Assembly (NCBI GenBank): GCA_965228855.1
Contig: CBDDIJ010000003.1
Location: 2,144,001 to 2,208,000 of the forward strand
DNA: 64,000 nt
Reading direction: 5' to 3'
Source of the DNA: Candidatus Obscuribacterales bacterium
GTDB lineage: Bacteria > Cyanobacteriota > Vampirovibrionia > Obscuribacterales > Obscuribacteraceae
The position numbers and the translations under genes were made by a program. Within the stretch, counting starts at the first letter, position 1. Each line of letters starts with the position of its first letter. The notes beneath the pieces were generated by a model. The model saw only the letters and a program-made list of their open reading frames with translations, ran no database searches and had not been told where the DNA came from. Below, piece after piece: positions 35,397-45,663 of the stretch.

Positions 35397-36170
35397 TCAC
35401 CTGCTGTTTAATACTTGCTTCAAATACTCGACTCTCGAAAGCACGGAAGCGTTAACACTACCGCCTGGGGTTAAATCAATAACCTTCTTGTATTCGGAAA
35501 GCGCTTCCTCTCGCTTATCCTGTTGCATGTTGATGTCTCCAAGAAGCTGATGATATCTGGCTTCGTTCGGTTTCAACAGCAAAGCCATTTTGACCTGCAC
35601 TTCAGCCTCCGGAAACATCGACTTCTTGGCCAATACTTCGCTGAGCCTGTAGCGCGACTCCACATCGGAAGCGTCAATATCGATCGCTTTTTGAAAACGC
35701 TTCTCAGCATCATCATATTTGCGCAAACCTGACTCGATGATACCAAGATTGAAGTAGTAATCGGCGCGTTCCGGCTTCAGACGCAACGCAGTGAGCGCCT
35801 CTCCTTCCGCCTCCTCCAGACGGTTCAAATCTTTCAACACAACGGCGAGATTGTTGTGGTAAGCGCCACCGCCCGGATATAGCTCTATGGCTTTCTTGTA
35901 GAGCGCGACTGCTTCATTTAGTTTCCCCTCTGACTGCAACTTGATGGCTTCACTGTTCAATGCACGTGCTCGTTCCTTTGCACCCTCAGTAGCTTTGACA
36001 GCCCCTTGCGCCCAAACCGGCTTCAACTGCGCCCCGGCGCAGAGCAAGCAGACAGCAACGGCAAAAACTTCCAAAGCACGCACATAGCGCCTTGCCTTTA
36101 GCCAGGAAGCACATACCTCAAGCGGTAATGAAAGATTTAATTGCATCGGATCCGACCCGTGCCCCATCAA
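35397..36170 (-). CDS. Secreted TPR-repeat protein
   Basis: Signal-like hydrophobic segment; repeats such as YKKAIELYP, YHNNLA, YFNLG, FQKAIDID. Confidence 0.85.
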   Translation of the reverse strand: MMGHGSDPMQLNLSLPLEVCASWLKARRYVRALEVFAVAVCLLCAGAQLKPVWAQGAVKATEGAKERARALNSEAIKLQSEGKLNEAVALYKKAIELYPGGGAYHNNLAVVLKDLNRLEEAEGEALTALRLKPERADYYFNLGIIESGLRKYDDAEKRFQKAIDIDASDVESRYRLSEVLAKKSMFPEAEVQVKMALLLKPNEARYHQLLGDINMQQDKREEALSEYKKVIDLTPGGSVNASVLSRVEYLKQVLNSR

Positions 36171-36505
36171 TTTGTAAACTATCTATTGATTCTCTTACCA
36201 CATTGTCAGGCGACAGACATCATCATTTGATAAACAGCAAGAGAAGACCGCAAACTCAGTAAAGACAACACTTTCAGGACGACCGATAACTTAAAATCCG
36301 GAACAGCCTCTGCCTTCGGCGAAAGCCAGAAACTATCAAGATAAGCCCGTGCCGATAACTTGATTTAAATTGTCCGCGAGCAACTGAAATCAAGTTGTGA
36401 CTGGCCTGTTACCATGTACGAAGCAGCAGCAAAGAGGGTCAATCAATAGACAGGAAGCAAAGCGGTTGGAGAATAAAACGTTTGTCGTGCCGGCCCGAGA
36501 TCAAC

Positions 36506-37852
36506 ATGCAATCAAATTGGTTTCACCTTAGGCGCATTGCCGCACTTGGTGCAATTCTGTGTGTCACCATATCCGGTACCATCGGAACTAGCATGCCTGT
36601 GTCTGCACAAACAGAGTACTGGAATACCAAAAACCGAGCAAAGTCTCAAAATCTCACTTCCACAGCGCTTAACTATCTGAACACTCGATACACGAAAAGC
36701 AGCACGAAGAACGCGACAAAGAACCTAAATCAAGCGATTGTGCTATTGAAACAGGCAATCGAGGCTGATGATACGGACCCGCTTCCACACTATCTTCTCG
36801 GCTTATGCTTGAACATTCAGGGCAGTTACGAGCAGGCGCTAGACCTGATGCGCAAAGCTTACTCGCTTAACCCGAAAGAACATGAGGTCCTTCTCGCGAC
36901 AGGCATGACGCAATATCTGAATGGACACTACGACAAAGCCATTACTCTTTGGGAGAAACTGGCGACGGAACAAAAGTCTTTAGTTGGACCCGTTAATGCG
37001 TTAATCGGCTTTGGCTACTTGAGACAGGGCGATTTCGAGACAGCAGCACGCAGCTTTTCGACAGCCAAAGCGAACTCACCCGGCTCACAACTGGCCTATC
37101 AGGGCATCGCGATACTAAACTACCTGGCAGGCGATTTGACTCAATCAAAACAAGCCGCCGAGCATGCGCTGTCACTCGGTGCATATCCCTGGCTCAATCT
37201 ACTGTTGGCTCGCATCGACTATCTTGAAGGCAATGATGCATCAGCAGCTAATCGGATAAAAACATTCAAAAAGCAGTCCGGCTCGAAGTACATCCCGCGC
37301 ACGATGACTGCAATGGGATTCAGCAAACAGCACGATTTCAGACTGGACCCATTCGAGAACGAAATTTACGATTCACCAGGGGCGATACTAGCCAGGTCAA
37401 TTAACGACAACAAAAAAGAAAGTCGCCGGAAGTCTTATGCCAAACAAGGCAAAGTCGACGAATCAATGAATAAGGCGAAACGTCTGACTTCCATAAATTC
37501 TTCTGACTACGTCGCACTGCACGAGACCGGAATGCTCCAGCTCTCATCCGGCGATTACAAAGGCGCGGCAACTACTTTCCAGGATGTTTTGCGACTCTGC
37601 CCCAATTGTAGAGTAGATTACATCTACCTTGCTGAGGCATTCTTCAAATCTGGCGACGTCGACAATGCGAAGAAGAGTCTGGACTACTATCAAAAAACCT
37701 ATCCTCGTCAAAATCTCGCAGCAAATTACAAGAACATCGCCACCGCGACCAGTACCACCCCTCCTCCTTCGACAACTCCTCCGGGACAAAAACCATTACC
37801 TGGAGAAGGTCCTCAGACACCACAAGATCAAACGCCTGACTCCGATTTCTAG
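36506..37852 (+). CDS. Secreted TPR-repeat protein
   Basis: Signal peptide ending VSA; TPR motifs HYLLGLCL, YDKAITLW, YLAEAFF; Pro/Thr-rich tail. Confidence 0.85.
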   Translation: MQSNWFHLRRIAALGAILCVTISGTIGTSMPVSAQTEYWNTKNRAKSQNLTSTALNYLNTRYTKSSTKNATKNLNQAIVLLKQAIEADDTDPLPHYLLGLCLNIQGSYEQALDLMRKAYSLNPKEHEVLLATGMTQYLNGHYDKAITLWEKLATEQKSLVGPVNALIGFGYLRQGDFETAARSFSTAKANSPGSQLAYQGIAILNYLAGDLTQSKQAAEHALSLGAYPWLNLLLARIDYLEGNDASAANRIKTFKKQSGSKYIPRTMTAMGFSKQHDFRLDPFENEIYDSPGAILARSINDNKKESRRKSYAKQGKVDESMNKAKRLTSINSSDYVALHETGMLQLSSGDYKGAATTFQDVLRLCPNCRVDYIYLAEAFFKSGDVDNAKKSLDYYQKTYPRQNLAANYKNIATATSTTPPPSTTPPGQKPLPGEGPQTPQDQTPDSDF

Positions 37853-37864
37853 GGAATATCTTAC

Positions 37865-39583
37865 ATGACTGCCGTAACACCAGTGGAAGAATCGACGACC
37901 TTCATCTCCGACTTTGGTCCAGTGCCGTCGGACACGCTGGATATGACGAAATCGAAGTACGAAATTCGCATGTACCGGATGTCGACAGAGAGGACGAAGC
38001 AACTCGGTGAGGCACTCGGCTTTTCGGCGCAATTCGATTCAGAAGAAGTTTTTGACGCCTTCGCTGATGTCTGGAAGGACGAGGGATACATCACTTTCGA
38101 GATGAAATCAAACACTCGTCCGATGACTATCTCCCTGCGATACAAATCCGATCGATGGAGCCCAGTTGAGACACACACGCCCAATAAGCGCGAAACTGAA
38201 AGCGAACTGCCGAAAACTCGCGGCGTGAAAACAATTTACCATGCCTTCCTGGACACAACTGTCCTGGACCGATTGGCTGAACTGTTGCGTGTAAAACCAG
38301 AGTCGCTGACAAAACTGTTTTACCGGATCAATTTGAAAACAAAAACATATGCGCTGGCAGCAGCCGACGATGCAGTCGAGCACTTCCCGGAAGCGGAATC
38401 GTTTAAAACCGCAATAATTCCAAGAAAAGCCATACCGACGGAAACCCAGAGCGACACCACGGATGATACCACAGGGGAATTAAGACACATGAGCGACCAG
38501 GACGACGCGAATGATTCCGTTGAGGACTTGAGCCAGAATTCCGAGCCGGCAGCGGAGTTAACGGATGAGCAGACCGCCGGGGATGTCCCGGCGAGCGAAC
38601 CATCCGCGCAAGATAAATTGCCCGAACAAACATCAGGAGCCACGCACGCAGCGGAAGAAACAACCGAAGAGACGCCAACAGCGGAGAAGCCAGCTGGAGA
38701 GAAAGCAGTCGAAACGCCGGTTTCTGAAAAACCAGCTGATGAGAAACCAGTAGAAGCATCGGCAGCAGAAAAACCAGCTGTGGAGAAACCAATCGAGACG
38801 AGAGTCGAAAAACCGGGCGCGGAAAAATCGGCTCCGAAGTTCGAGCAATCATCGGCAAAATCATTCGACGCGACACCGTCGGCCAGACCTGAGCGCGCTC
38901 CGATGAGGGCAGAACCGGCTCCAAAGCAATCCAGTTCAAGTTCAAGCTCTAGCTCTAGCCAGGCGAAATACCACACCTATTCTCAAAGCGAAGTTGACAA
39001 TCTCATTCGTAGAAGCGCGGAGAACATCACAAGCAGCGTTACAACGAAGATAAATCAGCAGACTAAAACAGTGGAAAAGAATTTGAAAAATCAAGAATAC
39101 GCCTTCAATCAAACGTTGGAAAAACTGACCAAGCAGATGGAGCAAGCAAACGCCAAGCTCGATAAAGCGAGCGATGATTTGAATGCTGGCTCGGCAAAAC
39201 AGATGGAAGAGTTCCGCAGTCAACTGAATAAAGAACTCGACGACTTCAAGAGTAACTTTGACAAAAAAGTAGTTCCCGGTATCAAACTTCTGGATGCTCG
39301 CCTGGAGCAGCTTGCCGAAGTGAAGAAACAGAACCAGACTCAAACCATAGGCGGCATGAACCCGGGCGTTCTGGTCGGAGTCGTGGTCGCGATAGTAATT
39401 ATTGCCGTCGTCAACCTGGTAATCAGTTGGTATGCCTTCGAGCGTATATCGAACCTCGAAAAAAGCCATGCGGAGCTGATGATGAAGTCGGTTCCGAGCG
39501 CAACCAGCGACGTTCCGGTTCCCGATCTGATGAAAGATCAGATCGATAAAGAACAGAAATCGGCTCCAACTGTCTCACCATAA
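37865..39583 (+). CDS. Hypothetical protein: globular N-terminus, acidic EKP-repeat linker, coiled coil, C-terminal TM helix
   Basis: 572-aa ORF; EKP repeats, poly-Ser, heptad region, hydrophobic VLVGVVVAIVIIAVVNLVISWY. Confidence 0.75.
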   Translation: MTAVTPVEESTTFISDFGPVPSDTLDMTKSKYEIRMYRMSTERTKQLGEALGFSAQFDSEEVFDAFADVWKDEGYITFEMKSNTRPMTISLRYKSDRWSPVETHTPNKRETESELPKTRGVKTIYHAFLDTTVLDRLAELLRVKPESLTKLFYRINLKTKTYALAAADDAVEHFPEAESFKTAIIPRKAIPTETQSDTTDDTTGELRHMSDQDDANDSVEDLSQNSEPAAELTDEQTAGDVPASEPSAQDKLPEQTSGATHAAEETTEETPTAEKPAGEKAVETPVSEKPADEKPVEASAAEKPAVEKPIETRVEKPGAEKSAPKFEQSSAKSFDATPSARPERAPMRAEPAPKQSSSSSSSSSSQAKYHTYSQSEVDNLIRRSAENITSSVTTKINQQTKTVEKNLKNQEYAFNQTLEKLTKQMEQANAKLDKASDDLNAGSAKQMEEFRSQLNKELDDFKSNFDKKVVPGIKLLDARLEQLAEVKKQNQTQTIGGMNPGVLVGVVVAIVIIAVVNLVISWYAFERISNLEKSHAELMMKSVPSATSDVPVPDLMKDQIDKEQKSAPTVSP

Positions 39584-39690
39584 TAGGTGGCACGAGGTTC
39601 AACTGGCAACAGTTTAGACTCCTAAACGGTTTCCAGCCGCGAACGGTTTCAAACAGTCATGATAGTTGTCGAACTCGGCGGCTAAGTCAG

Positions 39691-40344
39691 TTACGATCCT
39701 GCGACGTCAGAGCAAGCGGCTGATGGTTTGCCTTTCTTGAAGCAGTTTCTATAATGCGACTTTTTCCAGACGCCATCCTTTTTCACGAAGATGTCGGTAC
39801 AACGAGCGACATGCGTCTCCGGATGAGATCCGCCAATAGTTTTGACCGCTTCGAACGTGACCACTGCCTGGTCGCCTGTGACCTGGGCATATGGGTGACT
39901 GATCGTGTAAGAAACTATTGGATTGCTCGCGGAGTGCGCGGCATTCCAGCGAGTCTTGATGTGATTCATGATCGCTTCTCTGCCTACGATCAGCTCATTC
40001 TTCTTTTCGTCAAACGTCGTGCATCCTTCATCCATGTATTTCGACAACTCATCGAATTTGCCTTCGGAATATAAATGCGACATGTGTTTGAGCGTTTCGA
40101 TCACCTTCTCGGACTCGGCGCAAGATGCGTGAGGGCTCACACAAGCAACTTTGCCGACCTTCGAGGACGCAACGTGATGCTCATGAACGACTTCGTCCGC
40201 TCCCTTCGAGATCACTGGAGTTGATGCTTTTGTGCTGTCTTTACCGACCGAGTCAGCAGCTATAGCTGAAGAAGCGCTAAAGAACAAGGTCACAAGCGCC
40301 GAGAGCGCGAGACTTGTCAGGTTTCCAGTAATAAATTTAGCCAT
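39691..40344 (-). CDS. Secreted NTF2/SnoaL-like (DUF4440) domain protein
   Basis: Signal peptide ending AIA; IVGREAI, VTGDQAVVTF, RCTDIFVKKDGVWK typical of NTF2-like fold. Confidence 0.8.
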   Translation of the reverse strand: MAKFITGNLTSLALSALVTLFFSASSAIAADSVGKDSTKASTPVISKGADEVVHEHHVASSKVGKVACVSPHASCAESEKVIETLKHMSHLYSEGKFDELSKYMDEGCTTFDEKKNELIVGREAIMNHIKTRWNAAHSASNPIVSYTISHPYAQVTGDQAVVTFEAVKTIGGSHPETHVARCTDIFVKKDGVWKKSHYRNCFKKGKPSAACSDVAGS

Positions 40345-40495
40345 TCCAATTCCCTCAAACCCCGGACTCCAGCCAGTCGGTTTAACTCCGCTTGCGTTAC
40401 GTAGCATGAACGCCAAGGACCAAGCCCAAACTAATAGTAGTTGCGAATGTCATGAATGTCACTCTTTTTTTATCTTTAAAGAGAAAATATGAAAC

Positions 40496-40804
40496 CTAGT
40501 TAACTCTTTTCAGAGCATCCTCTACATCACGGATATTCCTGTCTGTGTCTCGCAAATATGAGTTCACTACATCGAGCTGCCTGTTCAACTCGTTGATCTT
40601 CTGCGAGATTGCGTCGTATCGCAGCTGAAGGTTTCTGCGCTGATCCAGCAGCGCATCACGGGTTCGGTTCAAATTATTCAGCACTTCCGAGCTATATGCG
40701 TGTGCATAACCCATCGTCCATGAAGAGACGACTATAAGCGTCAGAAGCAAGAACCGGAGAGCTTTTTTGGCATCCACGACAAGAATCCTCTGCGTTGTCA
40801 ACAA
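40496..40804 (-). CDS. Small secreted coiled-coil protein
   Basis: Signal peptide ending AHA followed by a continuous heptad helix. Confidence 0.7.
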   Translation of the reverse strand: MLTTQRILVVDAKKALRFLLLTLIVVSSWTMGYAHAYSSEVLNNLNRTRDALLDQRRNLQLRYDAISQKINELNRQLDVVNSYLRDTDRNIRDVEDALKRVN

Positions 40805-41051
40805 TCATGATAGTTGCATGCAAGCAACTTGATCAAGTAGTGATGAACAAGTGAAACGGGATCACAACCCGATCTTTATTGAGCAGCCGGTGTCGGTTTG
40901 TTGGAAACTTTTTTCGCGCGCAACGAATTCAAAACTAACACTGCGGGAAAGCCGCCTCGCTACTCGGTTAGAATTGAACTCGAAATTCGCAACGCGGGAA
41001 ATTATCTTTTCCCCAGTCCACCCTTCATATAAATGATCGAGTAAATCACTG

Positions 41052-41990
41052 ATGTCAACTGCTACTTCCGACCAATCGTCAAAACCTGAATTTAGAAACC
41101 TGATGGAAAGCGCCGACTCCCAGACTTATATAGATCGAGCAATCGAGCTGGCTATCGCGGAAGACCTGGGCTTGAGAAACGAAGGTGATATAACTTCGAG
41201 CGCGATTATGGGTGAAGACTCCGTCGCTTCCGCCGTAGTGCTTCTTAAGGAACCTGGTGTGGTAGCCGGTCTTGATATTTTCACCAGGGTGATGAATCGA
41301 TATTCGGACGAGATTAAACTTGAGGTTCTGATTGCCGAAGGGTCGTATGTTGATGATGAAAACCTTCCCCGCAAGCCACTTCCTATCATAAGAATCGTTG
41401 GACCATCTTCGGCGATTCTGGCTGCAGAACGAGTTGCGTTAAACCTTATCCAGCGCATGTCAGGCGTGGCGACGATGACGAAGAGGTTCGTAGACAAAGC
41501 CGCTCCTCACAAAATTGCCATTTTGGACACCAGAAAGACCACGCCGTGCCTGCGTGTTTTCGAAAAGTACGCTGTAGCAAGCGCTGGCGGAACCAACCAT
41601 CGTATGGGTTTGTTTGACTGCATCCTTATTAAGGAAAACCACATTCGCGTTGCTGGTGGAATTTCAAATGCCATTCAAGCCTGTCGCAAAAAATTTCCGG
41701 ATAAGCCGGTCGAGGTGGAAGTTACCACTTACGATGAAGTCGAAGAAGCTCTATCAAACAACGCAGAGAAAATTCTCCTTGACAACATGACACCAGAAAT
41801 GGTGCGCGAATGCGTCTTGAAAGTTCAGGGGCGAAGCAAAATCGAAGTCTCAGGCGGAATCAACCTGTCCAACATCGACAGATATCTGATAGACGGCATT
41901 GACTATATATCTATTGGAGCCCTGACCCACTCCGTCAAAGCTATCGATCTAAGTCTGGAAATTTTGGATATTTCGACGGTCGAGAAGTAA
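41052..41990 (+). CDS. nadC: Nicotinate-nucleotide pyrophosphorylase (quinolinate phosphoribosyltransferase)
   Basis: EDLG..GDITS, ERVALN, DTRKTTP, NHRMGLFD, KENHI, EVEV, ILLDNM, EVSGGI, ISIGALTHS. Confidence 0.97.
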   Translation: MSTATSDQSSKPEFRNLMESADSQTYIDRAIELAIAEDLGLRNEGDITSSAIMGEDSVASAVVLLKEPGVVAGLDIFTRVMNRYSDEIKLEVLIAEGSYVDDENLPRKPLPIIRIVGPSSAILAAERVALNLIQRMSGVATMTKRFVDKAAPHKIAILDTRKTTPCLRVFEKYAVASAGGTNHRMGLFDCILIKENHIRVAGGISNAIQACRKKFPDKPVEVEVTTYDEVEEALSNNAEKILLDNMTPEMVRECVLKVQGRSKIEVSGGINLSNIDRYLIDGIDYISIGALTHSVKAIDLSLEILDISTVEK

Positions 41991-42333
41991 CACAAACCCG
42001 CTATCTGAGCAACTCTTCGCGGTCCTTGTCGTTATTGGGTGTGCGGCTTTTTGCTCAAAAAAGCCCGTGTCCATCAGTGTTGGCAAGAAGCTAAATCTAT
42101 CTAAGAATGCCATCTGTCAAGCTGTACAAAAGTCGTGAAAGGCACAGCATATCCGGCTTTGAGTCTTTGATGAGAGGATATTCGATCTACGTATCAGGTG
42201 TTCTCTTTTAGTACCTGAGCGTATACACTTATATGGTCTTCAGGTTCTCTTTATTTTTCTGTAAATCCCACTTGCGAGCGATTGTTCGTCGTCGGGGTTC
42301 GGGTTTGTCCTTCCAAATTTTCGGAGCACGAAA

Positions 42334-42756
42334 ATGAGCGACATCACCAGAGTTTTTATAGTCGAGCAAGACGAGCCAGCGCTCATCATGCTGAATCTTT
42401 ATCTCGACCAGTTCGACGATATCGAAATCGTAGGCAGCGCCACGGCTCGTCCCGAGCTTGAGCAGCAAATCGGTCGGGCAAAGCCGGACGTTGTAATCTA
42501 CAACTTACCGTCGTTGTCTGAGACCCTTCCGAGCCTCATAAGTAATCTCAAGTCGAGATCCACCTGTCCGGCTCTTGTGTGCATCAGAGAAGGCAATTTC
42601 CTGCCCCTCGAAGGCACATTCAGGCAAACGCCTGAGGCATTGCTTCCGTCGTTTACGACGGTGACCAATTTGGTGGAGACGATTCGCCGTTCCGCCGCCA
42701 AGTACAAAGTCTCAGCCCAGGTTTCAGCTCAGCTGCCCCTGTCCAAAGCCGGCTAA
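42334..42756 (+). CDS. Single-domain atypical (pseudo-)receiver protein
   Basis: RVFIVEQD..DIEIVGSA..KPDVVIYNL resembles a NarL-type receiver; phospho-acceptor Asp appears as Asn. Confidence 0.7.
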   Translation: MSDITRVFIVEQDEPALIMLNLYLDQFDDIEIVGSATARPELEQQIGRAKPDVVIYNLPSLSETLPSLISNLKSRSTCPALVCIREGNFLPLEGTFRQTPEALLPSFTTVTNLVETIRRSAAKYKVSAQVSAQLPLSKAG

Positions 42757-42777
42757 AACAACAAGTTATAGGGATCG

Positions 42778-42814
42778 CCGCCCTGGCTCTTCGGAGTCAG
42801 GGCGGTTTTCTTTT
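42778..42814 (+). terminator. Intrinsic terminator
   Basis: CCGCCCTGGCTC-TTCG-GAGTCAGGGCGG followed by TTTTCTTTT. Confidence 0.88.
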
Positions 42815-42885
42815 GCTCCCAGGATCGGCAAACTTGTGCCGCCGGCAGCAACTGACCAACGCTTTCGCCAAAATGCTAAAACAAA

Positions 42886-44634
42886 ATGCGGTTGGCAAGA
42901 GTTAAGCGGCCGGTCGCTACAATGGAATTATTGAACACCAAGCTTGTAGAACTCGCGAGGCGTCAAAGCAACGGACCCGACATCCTAGCAAAGCAATCCC
43001 AATTGATTTCCCCTATCGCAGCTCTTTGCCTTTCTCTTTTCGGCCTACTTTGTGGTCTGGTCGTAGCTCGCGTCATGCTCGTTAGGTCTCTGTCCGCGAG
43101 TGGAAAACACCTCTCGAAGATGGAGTCTTTTATAGAGGAACTTCCAATTCGAATTTCAGGTATCACGACGAGCAGCGGTTTAAACGCAACTGCAGTTACA
43201 TCGGCAGCCAATTCAGGTGACGGTGATTTGGAGATTAGCACCGTATATGCTACTACCAGCGACACCACATCAGGATTTATCACTACATCTGGTTCCACCA
43301 CCACATACGGTTCTACCACCACATCCGGCACCAACACTACATCCGGTTCCACTCTCACTGACGACCAATCAACCTCATCTGGTTTCGCAACCACACCCGG
43401 TTCTAATACCACAGGTAGTACCAACAGCAATACCGCTTGTGGTGCTACATCCGGTTCACTGTCAGTTTCCACCAATCAGCAGCCCTTATCAAACCGCCAA
43501 CCGGCCGGTACTACAAAAGCCGTAGCTCTGTTAACCCAGAGTTCGAGACCGTATTCGCAGACATTGAAACCTGCTGAGATTGCGTTTCTTATCCGAGGCG
43601 GTGACATAAATCATACGATTATCGTGCTCACCGTTGACTTGATTCAGCGAGCAATCAAAGCAAATACAACTTCGTTCTCAGAAACTCTCGCCGACTACGA
43701 AAAGAGCATGTGGCGCATCGTCACCCGCTCTGTAAAGGACTGGGCATCGCAGAAGGTTCAACAAACGGTCGTGTCAGGCGCGAAGAACCCGGTAGCGGCT
43801 GTTCGAAGAATAGTGTTCCTCTACAACTTCATTCGCAATTCGCTGCGTGGTTTGATAGCGGACACTATCGCGGATCCGAGACAATTGAAGAAATACTTTT
43901 CACCTACCGGTCTCATCAGAATTTTCATAGACTTCACCAGTCAAGGCTACAAGCAAACTTTCCAGGAAGAGCTACGCAAAAGCCTTTTGCGAAGAGGCCT
44001 GCTCGTACCTGAAGGAGCTCGAGAGAGCGTAGGAAAACGTTTCTTTGCGATTGGCGTAGTCGGTTTAATCGCCACATTGATAACAGCGTATTGTTTCCTT
44101 CCAAACGGAGCGGTTGCATTCATCACATGGTTCGCGGCTCTAGCCGGCGGTTTCGTGGCGAGGACTTTGCTAGCCCTGAGACATCTGGTGCCTTACTTCG
44201 ACGAGATCGCCGTCGTGGTCGGCCAGGTACGCAGAAAAAGCTTCCGATTGACTATAGTCAAAATTTTGTTGCGCTCCGTCAGTGCAATTTCGTGGCTCGC
44301 ACTCGCTCTTTCGCTTGGATTTACGCTGAGCTTCGGGTTTATCTTCATCAAAGCGTTCTCAGCCAGCGCAGGCTGGACTGATTTCGGCGCGCTCGCCGCC
44401 ATGACGGTAGCTAATTTTGCGATCGCCGATTTTGTTTTCAACGGCGTGAGATTAAACATCGACGAGTGCCCGACCAGAATCGCCGAAAAGCAACTTGAAC
44501 AGATGCGTAAGGAGCTGGAGCACGTCAGCCCGCTCGAAACCTTTCGCACAATGCTGGCATCGCCGAACTACGACCCGACATTCTCGAAAATCCTTGCCCT
44601 GTATGGAATCGAGACTCTATTGATCCTCATCTGA
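42886..44634 (+). CDS. Multi-pass membrane protein, TIGR04222-like, with Thr/Ser/Gly repeat insert
   Basis: LKPAEIAFLIRGG and LLRRGLL motifs, ALYG near the C-terminus; several TM helices; TTSG repeats; start uncertain. Confidence 0.65.
   Translation: MRLARVKRPVATMELLNTKLVELARRQSNGPDILAKQSQLISPIAALCLSLFGLLCGLVVARVMLVRSLSASGKHLSKMESFIEELPIRISGITTSSGLNATAVTSAANSGDGDLEISTVYATTSDTTSGFITTSGSTTTYGSTTTSGTNTTSGSTLTDDQSTSSGFATTPGSNTTGSTNSNTACGATSGSLSVSTNQQPLSNRQPAGTTKAVALLTQSSRPYSQTLKPAEIAFLIRGGDINHTIIVLTVDLIQRAIKANTTSFSETLADYEKSMWRIVTRSVKDWASQKVQQTVVSGAKNPVAAVRRIVFLYNFIRNSLRGLIADTIADPRQLKKYFSPTGLIRIFIDFTSQGYKQTFQEELRKSLLRRGLLVPEGARESVGKRFFAIGVVGLIATLITAYCFLPNGAVAFITWFAALAGGFVARTLLALRHLVPYFDEIAVVVGQVRRKSFRLTIVKILLRSVSAISWLALALSLGFTLSFGFIFIKAFSASAGWTDFGALAAMTVANFAIADFVFNGVRLNIDECPTRIAEKQLEQMRKELEHVSPLETFRTMLASPNYDPTFSKILALYGIETLLILI
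43264..43460 (+). repeat. Degenerate 18-bp coding repeat (TTSGxx)
   Basis: TTSGFI-TTSGST-TTYGST-TTSGTN-TTSGST and further degenerate copies; acatc(c/t)gg units. Confidence 0.75.
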
Positions 44635-44766
44635 CCACGGTCGATCCGCCGACCGTTTAATTATCGGATCTTGATAGAGAAATCTCCATTATTGGGCAGA
44701 ACTAAGGCATATCTCGTATTTTCAGTGATTTACAATCACTTCTCGGTCAGGTTCGATCCTCCAACT

Positions 44767-45663
44767 ATGGGCAACAAAGGGCTCAAGCACGCATTCCCCG
44801 GAATAATCACCGGTGCCTCAACTGGCATTGGTCGGGGGTTGGCTATTAAACTGGCCGCCGACCACAAGGCGCGGCTGGTCATAAATGCGCGCAGCCAGGA
44901 CAGCCTGGAAGAAACCAAGAAAGTCGTTGAGTCCAACGGAGGTCAGGCATTCGCCGTCGTTGGCGACATCGCCGATCCCGAGGTGCGCCACCGCATGGTC
45001 GAGACCTGTCTCAGAGAATTCGGCGGAATCGACCTGCTCGTCAACAATGCCGGTCTCGCGACACCGGGTCTCGTCACGAATCTTTCGACGGATGACTGGC
45101 GACAGGTATTCGAAGTCAATTTTTTTGCCTGTCTGGATAGCGTCTACCGGGTCTTGCCGCAGTTTCTGAAACAGGGTTACGGCAAAATCGTAAATATCTC
45201 TTCCGTCGCTGGCAAAGTCGCCTTTGCCGGCAGTGTCTGCTACGCATCAAGCAAATTCGCGCTCACGGCAATGTCAAACGGCATGGCCGCAGAGTTTGCG
45301 CACAACAACATCGATGTCCTCACCGTTTGCCCCGGTTGGGTTCGCACCGAATTCTTCGAAAAAAATGCAGTCGCCGACGTCAAAAATCCGACTCTAATTG
45401 CTCAGCAGAATGACCTGCGCGGCTGGTTGATGAAAAATGTCCTCTCCATCTCGACCGAGCAAGCAGTCGACGATATTGAAGTTGCCTTAAACAAAGGTGG
45501 CAGCCATGAGATCATCATGACGGCGCCGGGCAAATTTATAGAAAGGCTCCAGGGCTTGACGCCAAACCTTCTCCACGCCGTCAACCGGCGGTTGCCGCTG
45601 GATGCTCTGGACAGCAGTCGAACGGAGAACAGGGTGAAGGAGGGGCCATCAATAAACCAATGA
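44767..45663 (+). CDS. Short-chain dehydrogenase/reductase (SDR)
   Basis: ITGASTGIG, LVNNAG, NISSVAG, YASSK, CPGWVRT. Confidence 0.95.
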   Translation: MGNKGLKHAFPGIITGASTGIGRGLAIKLAADHKARLVINARSQDSLEETKKVVESNGGQAFAVVGDIADPEVRHRMVETCLREFGGIDLLVNNAGLATPGLVTNLSTDDWRQVFEVNFFACLDSVYRVLPQFLKQGYGKIVNISSVAGKVAFAGSVCYASSKFALTAMSNGMAAEFAHNNIDVLTVCPGWVRTEFFEKNAVADVKNPTLIAQQNDLRGWLMKNVLSISTEQAVDDIEVALNKGGSHEIIMTAPGKFIERLQGLTPNLLHAVNRRLPLDALDSSRTENRVKEGPSINQ

